Origin: Octopus vulgaris
Lineage: Eukaryota
Length of the DNA: 64,000 bases
Assembly: GCA_951406725.2 (NCBI GenBank)
Contig: OX597836.1
Location: forward strand, 31,186,001-31,250,000
Direction of reading: 5' to 3'
A model generated the notes under the pieces. It ran no database searches. It worked only from the letters and a program-made list of their open reading frames with translations, and was not told the DNA's origin. Position 1 is the stretch's first letter. Each line of letters starts with the position of its first letter. Both the position numbers and the translations under genes were made by a program. Below are positions 48,021 to 61,900 of the stretch, in pieces.

Positions 48021-51000
48021 GACGGGCTTCTTTCAGTTTCCGTCTACCAAATCCACTCACAAAGCTTTGGTCAGCCTGAGGCTATAGTAGAAGACACTTG
48101 CCCAAGGTGCCACGCAGTGGGACTGAACCCGGAACCATGTGGTTGGTAAACAAGCTACTTACCACACAGCTACTCATATATATATTTTAAATGGTAGAGT
48201 GTTAGCTGCATTTTCTAGCAAGTCAAGTGACCACACAAATGCTTCCTTGTTGGGAGTATTAAAGAACTGGCTTCATTCACAAAACACACTTTCTCACTAA
48301 TAGAAAGAACCACATACACACACAAAGCTCAACAGGGACCCATGAGGGAGTACATCATCATCTCTTTCTTTACTACCCACAAGGGGCTAAACACAGAGAG
48401 GACAAACAATGACAGACAAACAGATTAAGTCGATTATATCGACCCCAACTGGTACTTATTTAATCGACCCCCCCGAAAGGATGAAAGGCAAAGTCGACCT
48501 TGGCGGAATTTGAACTCAGAACGTAGCGGCAGACGAAACACCGATAAGCATTTCGCCCGGTGTGCTAACGATTCTGCCAGCTCGCCAACAATATATAATG
48601 GAGTACATCATCATCAGCATCATTTAACGTCTGTTTTCCATGTTGGCATGGGTTACACGGTTTGAGAGGAGCTGATAAGCCAGAAGACTGCACCAGGCTC
48701 CAGTTGTCTGTTTTGGCATGATTTCTACAGCTGGATGCCATTCCTCATGCCAACCACTTTACAGTGTACTGGGTGCTTTTTATGTGGCACTAGCATGGGT
48801 GTTGTTTTTTTTTTTGGCATGGGCATACTCTATGTAACACCAGCATGGGTGTGACACCAAGACTATAAGTGCCTGAATACCAATTAGTCGAAAGGCTCTT
48901 CTCTGAATGCAGACTAGGATGTCTGTGTGCATGGCTTAATGGTTAGGGTATTCAGCTCATGATCGTAAGGCCATGAGTTCAATTCCTGGTAGGGCATTGC
49001 GTTCTTGAGCAAGACACTTTATTTCACATTACTCCAGTCCACTCAATGAGTTGTACCTGTTATTCAAAGGGCCATCCTTGTCACATTCTGCGTCATACTG
49101 AATTTTTTTTGGAAATACATGAAGCATATGTACATCTGTGGAGTGCTCAGCCACATACAGTTTAATTTCATGTGCAGGCTATTCCATTGATCAAACCAAC
49201 TGGAACCCTCATTGGTCTTAAACAACAGGGTGCCATCAGATGGGAGGCTAAAGCTTCGAAAGATGAATAATGAAAGGAGCTCATAGGCAGTAAGTTTGGG
49301 GAGGAGATTAGCATGTCAGGTTGCAAACCTGTCAAAGGCTTGGCTGTTGTCTAGGGCAACAATAATGTTTTTACAGGACTTCTCTAATAGGATAGCTCAC
49401 TGATGTGTGACATAAGGGAGCAGACACTAGTGGACACCATACTTGTGGTTACGGAGGAGAGAAAGAGATCCAAGTGTTGTAGACGGTCACTTTTAATACT
49501 TGTTTCATTACCTTTCATATCAAACAACTTTTTCCACCCACAGGGATTTTTAACCCAATATTTACAGGCTATTACTTATAGCTTTGTCTACTTCAAGATT
49601 CACCATTCAAAATATGTCTATATATATATAGACACACACACACATGATGATGCAAGCAGGAAAAATAGAACTCAAAATAATATGTATATTTTTATTAATA
49701 ATTAATAGAAGCATCACAATGACTCATTGGCCAAGAGTTTCTGTTAAATATAAATAAATATACTTGTGTATATAATATATATGCGTGTGTGTGTGTGTGT
49801 GTATGCATGTAAACCCCACAAAAGTTTCTAAATAACCTAACCTTAATTAGTCCCTATTATAAAAAATATCTAGTCTCTATAGAGGGAGAAGAGAGGCAAA
49901 TGTAAAAAAAAAAAAAAATTGGGTGGGTGTGGGGTGGGGTGATTCAGAAACGTAATTTTTCTGTAAGAAACACAGATCCAAAAAATATAAATAATTGAAG
50001 GAAAAAAAAACAAAACAAAACAAACTCCTCCTTTTCTTTTCCATTGAGGTGTGGAACTTCAAAGACATTTATACCCAAACTCCGCCGAAATAAGTACACA
50101 AATATCAATGTTAGCAACTAGTAGTTAAGGCATCAGTTCTCCAATGTTTTACGCATCACAGACTGGTGATATCATGCACATAACAAAACATAATAAAGTG
50201 CATAATATATAATTTAATTATACACACACACACACGCAATACATATAATAATGACCATGGGATTGCACCGAAAATGTTTCCCTTTTGAGGCACAAGTCCA
50301 GGCGAAGGTGTTTATGGAAGACCAGCAGTTGCCCATGCATACCAGTCTCCCCTCTTCATGCCACTGATGTTGTACAAGAAAAAGGCAAAGACTGGTATAG
50401 GCTTGGCACCAGTGACGCCACAACTCATTTCTACAGCTGAGTGAACTGGAGCAATGTAAAATCAAGTGTTTTGCTCAAGAACACGACACTCAACCTAGTC
50501 TGGGAATCGAACTCACAACCGTAAGCCCGACGCTCAAACCACTGAGCAATGTACATTCACATAAGACAAAAACGACTTGCCGGCTGTGATAGTCAATAAA
50601 ATAGAAATTAAATTTTAAAATTTATTCTTTTTGTGCAAACTGGTGGTTGGAAGTCCTGCGTTAAGGTGTTCTATGTAAAATGAAAAATAACAATAATAAT
50701 AATACCGACGACGTGAATCAGTAAGCAGGTGACTATGTTTTAACGAAAATCTTAAAGCTTAATTTACCATCACCAAAATAAATGCTTGTAAATCAGCGAG
50801 AAAGACAAGAGTTACCTCCCTTGCATGCAAGTAACTTCTCAACTACATGATACGACTACACACACTTTGCGGGTGGTTTGAAGTCAGTCATAGAACTACG
50901 CTACCGGACCCATAATCCGGCTTGGGACCGGAAGAAGCCCGGATTTCTGGATTTTCTGGATTTTCCGGTTTTATGGATATAGTTAAAGATATACACTAAA

Positions 51001-54000
51001 ATATAAGATAAACTATGAAAAAGTAAAGAACTAAATTAACAGATTTAAATCAATACACTTGTAAAACATGGTCTGTTTGATATTTATTAATTCACTTAAA
51101 AGTTCTTAAAATATACCACACGGGACCATGTATATAGTATGATTAATCTTTATTAATTTGAGAAGAAGACCCATTGGGTCAAGTAAAATCGCAGTCGTGG
51201 CAGATACTGGTATCAAGCAAATGGCACCCATGCCGGTGGCATGTAAAAGCACCCACTACACTCTCAGAGTGGTAGGCGTTAGGAAGAACAATCCAGCCGT
51301 ATAAAACCATGCCAAATCAGACTGGAGCTTGGCGCAGCCTTCCAATGTGCCAGCCCAGTCAAACCGTCCAACCCATGCCAGCATGGACAATGGATGTTAA
51401 ATGATGATGATGATGATGATCTCCATGAAAAAGTAAAGAATGAAAGTGTCTTTAACTCACTGTATACAAATTAACAAACTTCAAAAACATAGTACATTGC
51501 ACAGTAAGTACTCCTAGATTTCTGGAAGCCAGAAAAAGGTCCAGGACTGTATTTATGATAAAAAAAACCATCATCACATCACTGCAGATTGGGTTTTTGG
51601 ATTATATTGTGGCATATACCTTGTAATTAACATCCTTGCAAACCTTCCTTCAGCTGCAGCATTTAAGCTATATTAATGTTTAAACCTTTCCTCTCCCAAA
51701 AATTGAATATTTGACTCCTCCCTCACAATTTATATCTTTGTCCGCATAAGCAGCAGGAAAAGTCATCAAAGAGACAAGTGAGATGATCATGATGAGAGGA
51801 TGCCGTGAAAAACAGAGTACTCACCTGTACTTGTGAATACTCCTTCGTTTAACTCGCAATATCTTTCGGCGAAACATTCCATCATTCGGTCTATTTTCTG
51901 GGCCTCTCCGGGTAAGCGAAAACTCCATAGGAACTGCCTGTTATAAATAACAACAACAACATTAAATATAACAGAGAGAAACATACATGCACAAACACAG
52001 GTGACAGAGAAAGAGACGTGCACAGAGAGAGACACACACACACACACATATAGATAAAGAGATAGAGAGAGTAGCTGGCAGAATCATTAGCATGCCAGGT
52101 GAATTGCTTAGCGGTATTTTGTCCATCGCTATGTTCTGAGTTCAAATTCCACTGAGGTCGACTTAACTTTCATCCTTTTGGGGTTGATGAAATAAGTACC
52201 AGTTATGCATTGGGGTTGACACAATCGATTAGCCCCCTGCCCCACAAAATTTTCAAGGCCTTGTGCTTAGAGTAGATATTATTATTATTATTAGTACTAC
52301 TATTAGCAGCAGCAGCAGCATCAAGCACAATGACTTGTGATATTTCATTACATCTCTTTACATTTTGCTGAGTTCAAATTCTTCTGCTCAAGTTGAATTT
52401 ATTGTTCATCCTTCTGAGATTGATAACAAAGGAGCACCTGAATAATAGGGGAGGGGGGGCCATGTGTCAATATAATCAATTGTTTCCATTTACAAAATGT
52501 CTCCTTATGTCTCTGCAGAGCTGTACTAGGCTCCAGGCCAACTGAGTTGGCTTGGTTTCATTCCAAGAGTGTAGTGAGTGCCTTTTACCTGTCACTGGCC
52601 ACAACTACAATTTCACTAAGCTTGACAGTGTCTTTTCAAGCACAATACATCACCAACAGTCTCAGCCACTTGTCATCACCTCTCTGAGACCCGACATTCG
52701 AAGACTATACTTCACAACCTCATCCCATGTCTTAATAAATAATCGGATAAGCCATCAGTTGAAACCAAGTTTTAGTCAAAAGGAATTTAACAAGAGTTCC
52801 CCTATTTATAGGTGTAGGAGTGGCTGTGTGGTAAGTAGCTTGCCTACGAACAACATGGTTCCGGGTTCAGTCCCACTGCGTGGCACCTTGGGCAAGTGTC
52901 TTCTACTATTGCCTCAGGCTGACCAAAGCCTTGTGAATGGATTTGGTAGATGGAAACTGAAAGAAGCCCATCGTATATATTTATATATATATGTACATGT
53001 GTGTATATGTTTGTGTGTCTGGGTTTGTCACCCCAACAATGCTTGACAACTGATGCTGGTGTGTTTACGTCCCTGTAACCTATAGCTATTTAGTGATTAA
53101 AAACAAAATTTTATCGATACCTCTTTCAAAATCTATTTGTTATTCACTCATTCACTTGCATAGGTTGAATTATGTAAAACATTAGAGAAAGAAACCTGGC
53201 TGTTTCATGCAACACATACATTCAAATCAAAACTTTGCATGGACCCTTGAAATAGTAATGTGGATCCTTAATTTATTATTTTGCTAACATGTGCCTGCCA
53301 AAATCTTATATGGACTCCTGAGAGTCAGAGAGACCCTAGTTGAGAACCACTGACCCAACTGAAAGAGGTGAGACAGAAGTAGACTTACCTTAGTGCTTGT
53401 ACCAGGATCATTTCAGAAAACTCATGTAAATTCACAAATGCTTTCAAGACAGCAATATTGAAATCATTTCTAGAAATAAATGAAAAAAAAAAAAAAAATA
53501 ATGAATTAAACTTAAATTAATAATTATTTAAACATTTATCTTAAATAGGGAGTTAATAAATAAATACTGTTATGTTAGATATTTAAAATAAAATTTTTCA
53601 CATCAAGCACAGGATCAGAATTTAGCTGAACCTAAATTACAAATGAAGTGTTAAACCAACATTAACGATGACTAAAATACGTATAATAATTGTATGTGTG
53701 TGTCTAAGTGATTTTGTTTAATTTTTGAGAATTTTTAGTTTTTTGCAGAATTCAAACTCTCATCACTAACTAACAAAGCGACAACAATTGAATTCATATA
53801 TTTGTATGGATGCATATGCATGTGCATTTATGTAGAGGAAAGAAGCTTAAAACGGTACCGTTCTCCGAGGTAGTCTCCGATTGCAGTTTTATCCAGTCCA
53901 TCTCCCTGGAAGAGGAAGCCTGCCACATCTTCTGGAGTGTTTTGTAAGAGGTCATACTTGATCAAGTATTCAATTCCCTGGATGAAAGAGAGATGAGAAA

Positions 54001-56839
54001 CGAGAGTTAGAATGTACATACATAGGTTTACTCAGAAATAAAATGTTAATGTAGATACACAGAGAATAAAATCCAGAAACTTCTTGTGAATCTTGAACTC
54101 TCTGTCTACTTCTTGACCCCTAATGTAATTACTGCTATACAAAATGTCCTCAATTAAATACACTAGTAGTAGTAGTATGGGGGAATGCGTTGTAGCAATA
54201 TGTCACTACATCCACCATTTGTTGGCATTTCCCTACTCCTGGCAGTTGATACCTTTGTATCACCCAAGCAATAACCTGCCAACCGTTGGATCTGTTTGGG
54301 TAGTAATTGCTGGCGAGGGCTTTATGAAGTCAGAGCACGAATCCTACCTCAATCTCTTTTAGTCACCTTTTAATGATACACAGAGCTAACATTGGGTCTA
54401 TTCTCTGGCATGCCAATCGCCACACAGCACTAGAGCAATGTGGTTTTGCTCAAGAACACAACATGTTGTCTGATCTGTGAACCGAACCAATGATCTGGCA
54501 ATCGTTGAGTGCAACACCCTAACCACTAAGCCATGAACCTTCACTAAAAATACACTCAATAATCTCAAATTGGGTTTTTTAAAATTTCCTCTTTCCCAAC
54601 AATACTTTTGTAAAATCATAATAATACTTATTAGTACAAGTATAATCAATCCTAATGTATATACAATCAACTCGTTACAAATACAGTCAACACCAACAAT
54701 ACATGTACAGTTAATATTGGTTTCACATTTTGGCACTAGGCCAGTAATTTTAGGTTGGGGATAAGTCCCTTACATCAACCCCAGTGTTCAATTGGTACTT
54801 ATTTTATTGACCCTGAAAGGATAAAAGGCAAAGTCAACGTCAGCGGAATTTGAACTCAGACCATAAAGACAGTTGAAAAGCCATGAAGCGCTGCCTGGCA
54901 TGCTAACAATTCTGCCAGCTCGCCGCCTTCAGTAGGCTGGAACATGAAATAAAGTCTCTTGCTCAAGGACACAACACAATGCTGGGTATCAAACTCATGG
55001 CCTAACGATCAGGAGCTGAATACCCTAACCACTAAACCATACACCTTCACTATGTACCGTTAATATTACAAGTACCAGTTGAATACTGGGGTTGATGTAA
55101 TCAACTTACCCCGCCCTCCTCCAAACATGCTGGCATTGAGCCGAAATTTGAAACCAATATTACCACATATACAGTTAATGCAAACATAAGCATATATACA
55201 ACTGTTCCCCTGTGTATAAGCATATACATCTGTTCCTCAGGTGTGGATTTTCAGGGTCACCAGGTGAATTTCTGTTCTTACAATGTACCTACAGGTCATA
55301 AACCATAACAGCAAGTTCACCTTCTGAATTCAGTTAATTAGATCTTTCACTGCTTTGATAACAAGACTTGTGACATCATGGGGAATCTATTTGTAGTTTC
55401 CTTACAGTCTCCATATTTGACAAGTAATTTATAATTAGTGGCATCATCGTCTAACATCTGCCTCCCATGCAGGCATGGGTTGGATGGTTTGACAGGAACT
55501 GGTGAGCCGGAGGATTGCACGAAGCTCTACTATCTGCTTTGACATGGTTTTCAAGTAGAGCTGGATGCCCTTTCTAACATCAACCACTTTACAGAATCTA
55601 CTGGGTGCTCTTTGTGTAGTACTGGCACAAGATCCCTCAACAGAGTGGATAAATATTGAGGGAAGTGGCTTTGGGTCAGGTGATGAGAGAATAAAGTATG
55701 ATAGAGTGACAGAAAAAGGTGTCTTGATGTGGAGGAGATACACGGCTATTCTAGTTGGAAAAGAGGAGAGAGAAGGCTAACACAAAGTCACTGTGTGACT
55801 GATACCAACTGATGCAAAGTGTTAGGTGAGAAATACATGCTCACATAGTCATACATATTACCTAATTACAGGTAAACTTAGCTACTGGTAGTAAACTGTC
55901 TTGGTCAAGGCCTGTTGACGTTAGTGTCTTTGGTCATGGATGGATAAAAGTACATTAGACAATACTGCATTACCTACTTATAGTCAGGTGGACTGGGTTG
56001 TTGGCAACTAAGTGTCTGGGTTATGAATACAATATTTTCCAGCTACTGTCATGAGGCTTTTTCGGAGCTGGATTTTTCTATGGGGGGCATGCCCTTGCTT
56101 ACCCCCAACCTCAGTTTCTAGACGTGAGTGATCCCTAGACCAAGGCCTCTACCACGATTTTTAAGAAATGTGGTGGGAAGCTACTCCTTGAGACCCCTTT
56201 TGGAGCCCCCTACCCACAGCATACAAGTGAAATTTTTCAGATGGAAACTTATAGCCAAAAGCAGAAGGTCAACTGATATACCAAAATGACAATAGAGAAC
56301 CAGAGATTCTCCAAGCAATGCTGCAGGATTTGGACTTGTTTACAAATAGGAAAATACAGTATACGACATTGTAGTACTTACATACTTAAGTTGAGTGGTT
56401 TCTGGTAAGAAGGGCAAAACATGCAACTGCAAAACAAGGTTCCACCACTCCCTACTTCCAAGAAGAGTAGTAAATGGAGGAGTAGAACATCATAGAGCTG
56501 TAGAAATACTTGCTCAGTGATATCATCTGACTAAAGATAGCACGGAATTATCAACCATTATGTTTAACATCATCACCACTGGATCCTTGGATGCCTTTAG
56601 CAGAGTCCAGACTATTACAAGCATTCAGAGCAGGTCACCAGACCATGGACACTAAAAGTTTTCTTGAAACCAGTTTCTGGGGCCTTGTAAAAAGAACATG
56701 TACACTGCCTTCCTCTTCAGACTAAATCATATATGTTTTTAGTGGGCGTAAATTAAACTAAATAAAACTTACCTTCTTGGGATCCATGTTGAATTTCTTC
56801 TTCCCCATAGACATCTGTTTGGTCTTCGGATTATTTTTA
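23762..56839 (-). CDS. CYTH: Cytohesin (Arf guanine-nucleotide exchange factor, Sec7 + PH), spliced CDS, 5'-incomplete; exons listed separately
   Basis: Ten exons with GT-AG ends and matching phases give ...[15 protein letters not shown]...[18 protein letters not shown]...[11 protein letters not shown]...[19 protein letters not shown]...[11 protein letters not shown]...*. This contains the Sec7 motifs (catalytic Glu in [10 protein letters not shown]) and the cytohesin PH signature. Confidence 0.97.
24015..24870. mobile_element. TTAA-flanked MITE split by a nested insertion. Intact relatives at about 31726-31922, 34857-35048, 45460-45673; a second TTAA family at about 32472, 37727, 62562
   Basis: TTAACYCTTTARCATTCAGA...TAAATGCTAAAGRGTTAA termini (piggyBac/Kolobok-like TTAA target). 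Confidence 0.7.
26773..26842 (-). CDS. CYTH: Cytohesin PH exon ([23 protein letters not shown])
   Basis: TAG acceptor and GTGAGT donor; 70 nt; PH C-terminal helix with the conserved Trp. Confidence 0.95.
27100..27365 (+). mobile_element. Decayed RTE-type LINE C-terminal fragment
   Basis: Plus-strand remnants TKAQLRWMG...[18 protein letters not shown]. Confidence 0.6.
28122..28278 (-). CDS. CYTH: Cytohesin PH exon ([53 protein letters not shown])
   Basis: CAG acceptor and GTAAGA donor; 157 nt. Confidence 0.96.
28729..29789 (-). mobile_element. Internally deleted piggyBac element with the N-terminal part of the transposase (29024-29431)
   Basis: Perfect 14-bp TIR CCCTTTCGTTACCA/TGGTAACGAAAGGG; TTAA at 28725-28728 and 29790-29793; peptide LDYFFLLF...[10 protein letters not shown]...[22 protein letters not shown] is typical of the PGBD/DDE_Tnp_1_7 N-terminus. 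Confidence 0.92.
29869..29945 (-). CDS. CYTH: Cytohesin PH exon ([25 protein letters not shown])
   Basis: TAG acceptor and GTAAGT donor; 77 nt. Confidence 0.96.
30554..30665 (-). CDS. CYTH: Cytohesin exon, Sec7-PH linker ([38 protein letters not shown])
   Basis: CAG acceptor and GTAAGC donor; 112 nt. Confidence 0.96.
33381..33529 (-). CDS. CYTH: Cytohesin exon ([50 protein letters not shown])
   Basis: CAG acceptor and GTATGT donor; 149 nt; Sec7 motif 2. Confidence 0.97.
39520..40095 (+). mobile_element. Decayed hAT (Buster/SCAND3/ZBED8-like) transposase relic
   Basis: Remnants [17 protein letters not shown] and [18 protein letters not shown]. Confidence 0.75.
45993..46253 (+). mobile_element. 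RTE-like LINE 3' end with (TAA)n tail
   Basis: ORF 45993-46232 is nearly identical to 4363-4583. Confidence 0.8.
46682..47435. repeat. Long compound (TA/TACA)n microsatellite
   Basis: Direct inspection. Confidence 0.95.
51825..51937 (-). CDS. CYTH: Cytohesin exon with the Sec7 glutamate finger ([37 protein letters not shown])
   Basis: CAG acceptor and GTGAGT donor; 113 nt. Confidence 0.97.
53389..53469 (-). CDS. CYTH: Cytohesin exon ([27 protein letters not shown])
   Basis: TAG acceptor and GTAAGT donor; 81 nt; phases match both neighbours. Confidence 0.95.
53859..53977 (-). CDS. CYTH: Cytohesin exon ([40 protein letters not shown])
   Basis: CAG acceptor and GTACCG donor; 119 nt; Sec7 IGDYLGE motif. 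Confidence 0.95.
56773..56839 (-). CDS. CYTH: Cytohesin exon, start of Sec7 ([23 protein letters not shown])
   Basis: TTTCAG acceptor and GTAAGT donor; 67 nt; begins with 1 nt completing a split codon and ends in phase 0. Confidence 0.93.
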
Positions 56840-58340
56840 CTGAAATAAAATAGAAATAGAAATATAATAATAATAATAATAAAGCCAAAAAAAAGACATA
56901 GTAATTTAAAAAATACAGATTATTTACGGAAATAATTACTTTTGGTTGAAAATAGATTCTCAAACTGTGCTTCATGGCTGAATGGATAAAATTATGTGGT
57001 GTTGTATATTTATTCCAAATATGAGAACCACATTGTTGCTATTGTTCTTTAGCTCCCAGTCAGGCCCCTAATCTAGAATGCCATTAATTAAATATGTTCC
57101 ATTTGTGCTCATCCAGTGTTTTATTCAGTCATAGCATATCTCTAGTATTACATTATTTAATGCCATTCACTTTTTTGTTTGTCTTTACATCATTTAATGT
57201 ACTTTCAAATCGAAAAGTGCTTTGTCTATGACCATCCCAAATTCATTCTAAGTGCATCTGTGACTAAATTATTTAATGTTCTTCCTTTGTTTCTATAAGA
57301 CAGACAGAGGGTTCAATTCGAGTAAAATTTGGCTACTGTTTCTAACAGATTTAGCAACCACGTACAAGCTCCTCTCATTGGAGAGATCAACAACTAATAT
57401 AGAGATTCCCTCAAGATGGCAGGCAGGCAGAATTGTTAGTGTGCCGGGCAAAATGCTTAGCAGCATTTTGTCTGTCTTTACATTCTGAGTTCAAATTCCA
57501 CCAAGGTCCACTTTGCCATTCATCCCTTCAGGATCGATAAAATAAGTACCAGTTGAGCACTGGGGATAATATAATTGACTTAGCCACTCGCCTGAATGTT
57601 CTGGCTGTGAGCCAAACATTTCAGACCAATATATAGATTCCTCTCATAAGCTTTTATCTATTTAAGTAGTTGATTTGAGGAAGAGATGGATACAACTCGT
57701 TTTTAAATTCAGAGATGATTGGATGAGAGAAATACAAGTATTTCTTGAAGAAAATCGTAAAAACGAGAGTAAGAGACAATTGTAATAACAACATAAGTGG
57801 TTTGATGGACTAAGAAATGAGGTGGAGGAAACAAACAATTATATGATTATAACAAACTACAGACAAATCTGTTTGACATGAGGACATTACTTCCATGTTG
57901 AGCTGACAGTCAAATTGCAAGAATATGTATAGACATTGAGGTAAGAGTAAAAAAAGAGGGGGAAAATGTACATAGCTATATACATATAGGATAGGTTATA
58001 GAAATAGAGCAAACAGAACTCAATACTTAATGTAGAGTATAAATAATTTACATTTCATGAGGACAGGTGTTCACTGAAAAAACTCTTAGACCTTAGGTCA
58101 CTGATGTAGCTGCCCAGCTACAAATAAAATGGTGTGTGTGTGTGAGAGTGAGTGAGTGAGTGAGAGAGAGAGATTCTGATTTGGTAAGCTTGTTAGTCCA
58201 CAATCGAGAAAGAACTTGATATTGATCTCAATTCTCTCAGCAAAGCAAACGTTTGATTTGCTGTTTATGTATCATCATCATTTAACTTCGCTTTCCATGC
58301 TGGCATGGGTTGGACAGTTTGACAGTATCTGACAAGTAGA

Positions 58341-58576
58341 AGGCGGTGAGCTGGTAGAATCGTTAGCATGCCGGGCGAAATGCTTAGCAGTATTTCGTCT
58401 GCCGTTACGTTCTGAGTTCAAATTCAGCTGAGGTCAACTTTGCCTTTCATCCTTTCGGGGTTGATAAATTAAGTACCAGTTACACAATGGGGGTCATAGT
58501 AATCGACTTAATACCTTTATCTGTCCTTGTTTGTCCCTTCTATGTTTAGCCCCTTGAGGGCAATAAAGAAATAAGG
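58341..58576 (+). mobile_element. Full-length SINE family B with a 14-bp TSD. Other copies at about 10595-10713(-), 12507-12725(+), 21710-21930(-), 27390-27685(-), 48363-48599(-), 52070-52275(+), 54720-54928(-), 57415-57630(+)
   Basis: GGCGGYGAGCTGG...GAGTTCAAATTC...GACTTTGCCTTTCATCCTTTCGGG; ATCTGACAAGTAGA at 58327-58340 and 58577-58590. The 48363 copy is flanked by GGAGTACATCATCATC. Confidence 0.88.
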
Positions 58577-58779
58577 ATCTGACAAGTAGATGGACCAGGT
58601 TATGCTCCTTTGTCTATTGCTGTTTTGGCATGGTTTTTAAAGCACCCTCTCTCACACAAATAGGTGTACAAACAATAGCAAAAAAGCTCAAAAGAAGTAG
58701 TAGGACTGTAAAGGGTCTTATCTTAGTAATTTAAATAAAAAAATACAAACAAAAAAAACATTTAGCAATGACGGAATGA

Positions 58780-58990
58780 ACTGTCAACTTTGACGTGTAT
58801 GTGATTAGAATGTAGAAAAGTATCAGAAGAGAGTCTTCTAGTTGGGTCAACCAGTAGGAGTCCTAGGGGTAGAACAAGAATGAGATGGCAGGGTAATATC
58901 CCTAGTTTCAGTTGGTCACCCCTTAGGAATCCATCCAAAGAGTGTTGTGAGGGTTGCTTTTTATTGGACCCTACCTCTGCAACCCTCTCA
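58780..58990 (+). mobile_element. Decayed RTE-type LINE C-terminal fragment
   Basis: Remnants VIRM...RRVF...RSPRGRTRMRW...SWSPLGI across frames. Confidence 0.5.
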
Positions 58991-61900
58991 AGAATAGAGA
59001 GTGAGAAGATGGCTATAATGTATAAAAGATAAGTCAATGCATTTAATATATGTTTTGGACAATTGCACAACAGATGAAAATAGAGTTTCATCTCTTACAC
59101 AAAATTCTTCCTCAATGTGTGTGTGTGTGCATGTTTGCGTAATCAAAGTTAACACCCTTGGTCATTACCCTATTTGCTGCCAGCTGGACTCGAAAGTTTC
59201 TCAGTGGCCCAGATTGAACCCAAAAGCAATCAATACATTATCTGTTCTTACACTAAACAGACCAACTACCAGTTATATCTGATTAGATAGAGAAATACTC
59301 ACTATATTGCATTACCAAACTTCAATTCTAAGTCCTGTTCCAGAAGCAGAGCCATGCCAAAGTGTTGATATGAAAGGGGGGACTATTTTAGTGAGCACAT
59401 ACACTGTATCTGACAGTTAGGACTTGAAATATGAGGACAGGGTGCAGCTATGGTGTCATTTTACAGTAAATTGAAAACATTTCGGTGATTGGTGGCCTAG
59501 CGTTTTGAAGCGGAATTAAGAGCAGATTAAAGAGAAATTGGAACAAGAAACGCACCCTTTTCAGTAGGATTTCATAAACAAATCAGTAGCACATGTTTAC
59601 AAACTTAAGTTAAACACCATTCCAAAATATTATTAATTAATATTAATTGATGTACATGCAGGGATGGTTTCGGTTTCAGTCCCATTGTATTGCACCTTGA
59701 AGAAGTGTTTTTTTTTTTACTATAGCCCACCACAGCCAACCAATACCTTGAAAGTGGATTTGGTAAATGAAAACTGTGTGGATACCCGTTGTATACATTA
59801 TATATGTTTGCGTATGTGCGTCTTTGAGTGTGTCTTCCACCACCGTATGACAAACTGTTGGTTTGTTTACATCCATGTAACTTAGGAGTTGGCAAAAGAG
59901 ACCGACAGAAGTACCACACTTAAAAACATTAGAACAAGGGTTGATTTCTTTGGCCAATCCCTTCAAAGGATGCAAACCCATGACAGAAACAAGTAAAAGA
60001 TTGAAAATATATTTCTTTTAGTGGAGTATAATACGTAGAAAATATTTCATCCTCATTTTCATGAAACATCATTTAATTCTGTTTAACCAAAGTTTTTGTC
60101 AGTTTGACATACAATGTTGTTGTTTAGCCATGGGTGATACTGAATCAACCTATGGTCAAAAATGACCATCCCATCCCGTCTTTTTCCCAGTATATCTAGG
60201 ACTACATTGTTAAAATGGTAGAAGTGTGTGAAGGATATTTGACAGCTGTTTCTAAAAGACTTAGTGACCCTCCAAGGCCCAGAGTGAATACAATTATCAG
60301 TTAAGTTCAGTGAATGAATACATTTTCAATCTGACCAAAGACCAACCATTTTGACATTCAGATAACAAAGGAAACAAAGGCTAAAGAAATACTATAAAGT
60401 TAACTAGGCTTTGTTTGGTAAGCTAGAACTAACATAGTTAATGCAGGGAGCAATATATTTGTCTATTAAAGTAATCTTTTATATTTTACTTGTCTCAGTC
60501 ATTAGAGAGCGGCCAAGCTGGGGCACTACCTTGAAGATTAATTAACGAATCCATCCCAGTACTTATTTTTTTTAAGCCTCATACTTATTCTATTAGTCTC
60601 TTTTGTCAAACTAAGAGGGACATAAATATACCAACACCAGTTGTCAAATGTGAAGGGGGACAAACACAGGCACAAAGATATATATATATATATATATGAT
60701 GGGCTTCTTTCAGTTTTTGTCTACCAAATCCACTCACAAAGCTTTGGTCAGCCCAAGGCAATAGAAGACACTTGCCCAGGGTGCCATCCAGTGGAACTGA
60801 GCCTGGAACCATGAGGTTGAGAAGCAAACTTCTTACCACACAGCTATGCCTGGTGAGCAATTACTTAATACTTTAACTAGATTAAAGGATAAATACAGTC
60901 ACAAGGCAATTAATTGAAAGTAATATCTCTGAAATTTCAATTAATTAAAAATTTAATGCACTCACGCAGTGAGAGGAGGAAAAGATTGGCACAAAGAATA
61001 AAATTAAATTTGATGATGTAATGAAAATTTAGAAGCTTTGAGATGAACATGAGAAATACCTCATGGAATGATGACTGCGCCCTTTGGCAAGGCAAGGCAA
61101 GGCAAGGCAAGGCAAGGCAAAGAAACCTGTTAAGCCATCCTGCCAAGAGATATGGTGAAGTCATGGGACTGCAGTATGCCAAATTGTGAAGAGGTAGAGG
61201 AAGAGCTCAAACTGAGCCAAAGGTGCTTCTTACAGTGATGCTGAGCAGAGGAATCTTAGAGGATTGACCAAGCTCTATTAAGAGAGTAACTGCAACACAT
61301 CCACAGAGTTAGCGTCCATGGTTGTACAATCAGCTAATGAGAGGTTCATCAGGGACTCATGCTCTCAATTCAATTATGAATAATAGAATTGGGAGATGAC
61401 AAAGAATCACAGGAACCTGAGCTAGTGGCGCAGCTGGATGATGATGGTTTTGAAACAGTGATTTATTTGGAACTTTGAGACTTGAAGTAGATAAAGCTAT
61501 AAATAATAGTATGTGAATACCGTGTTAAAAAAAACAAAAAAAACCCTTTGAATATAAAGAGAGGCAAAGGTTGCCCCTGGAACTTGAACCCACATCTCCT
61601 GCAATCCTTCAAATTTCTCCATTTTAGAAGTGTTATTCTTATCAGTGAGAATTATTGATGTCATAAGAATTTAGAAACCGAGATGAATGTGAAATAATTT
61701 TTTTTCTGGAACATTGAAACTAGAATCAGCTGAAATAATAGTACATTATTTGGATAGAAAAGTTGAAGATTGTACACACGATCAAAACTAGGCATGTTTC
61801 ACTCTTATTAAACCTCCTTAGTGGAGGACTAATAGAGAATGATGAAGGAATCACTATGAGGATATGCATACAAGAGTTAGCATGACAATGTAGTAATTGA

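Noticed and set aside
58052-58117. Minus-strand segment with acceptor-like TTTGTAG and donor-like GTAAAT, as a candidate missing coiled-coil exon
   Set aside because: Stop codon in the frame required to join the 56839 exon, and no similarity to the cytohesin coiled coil.
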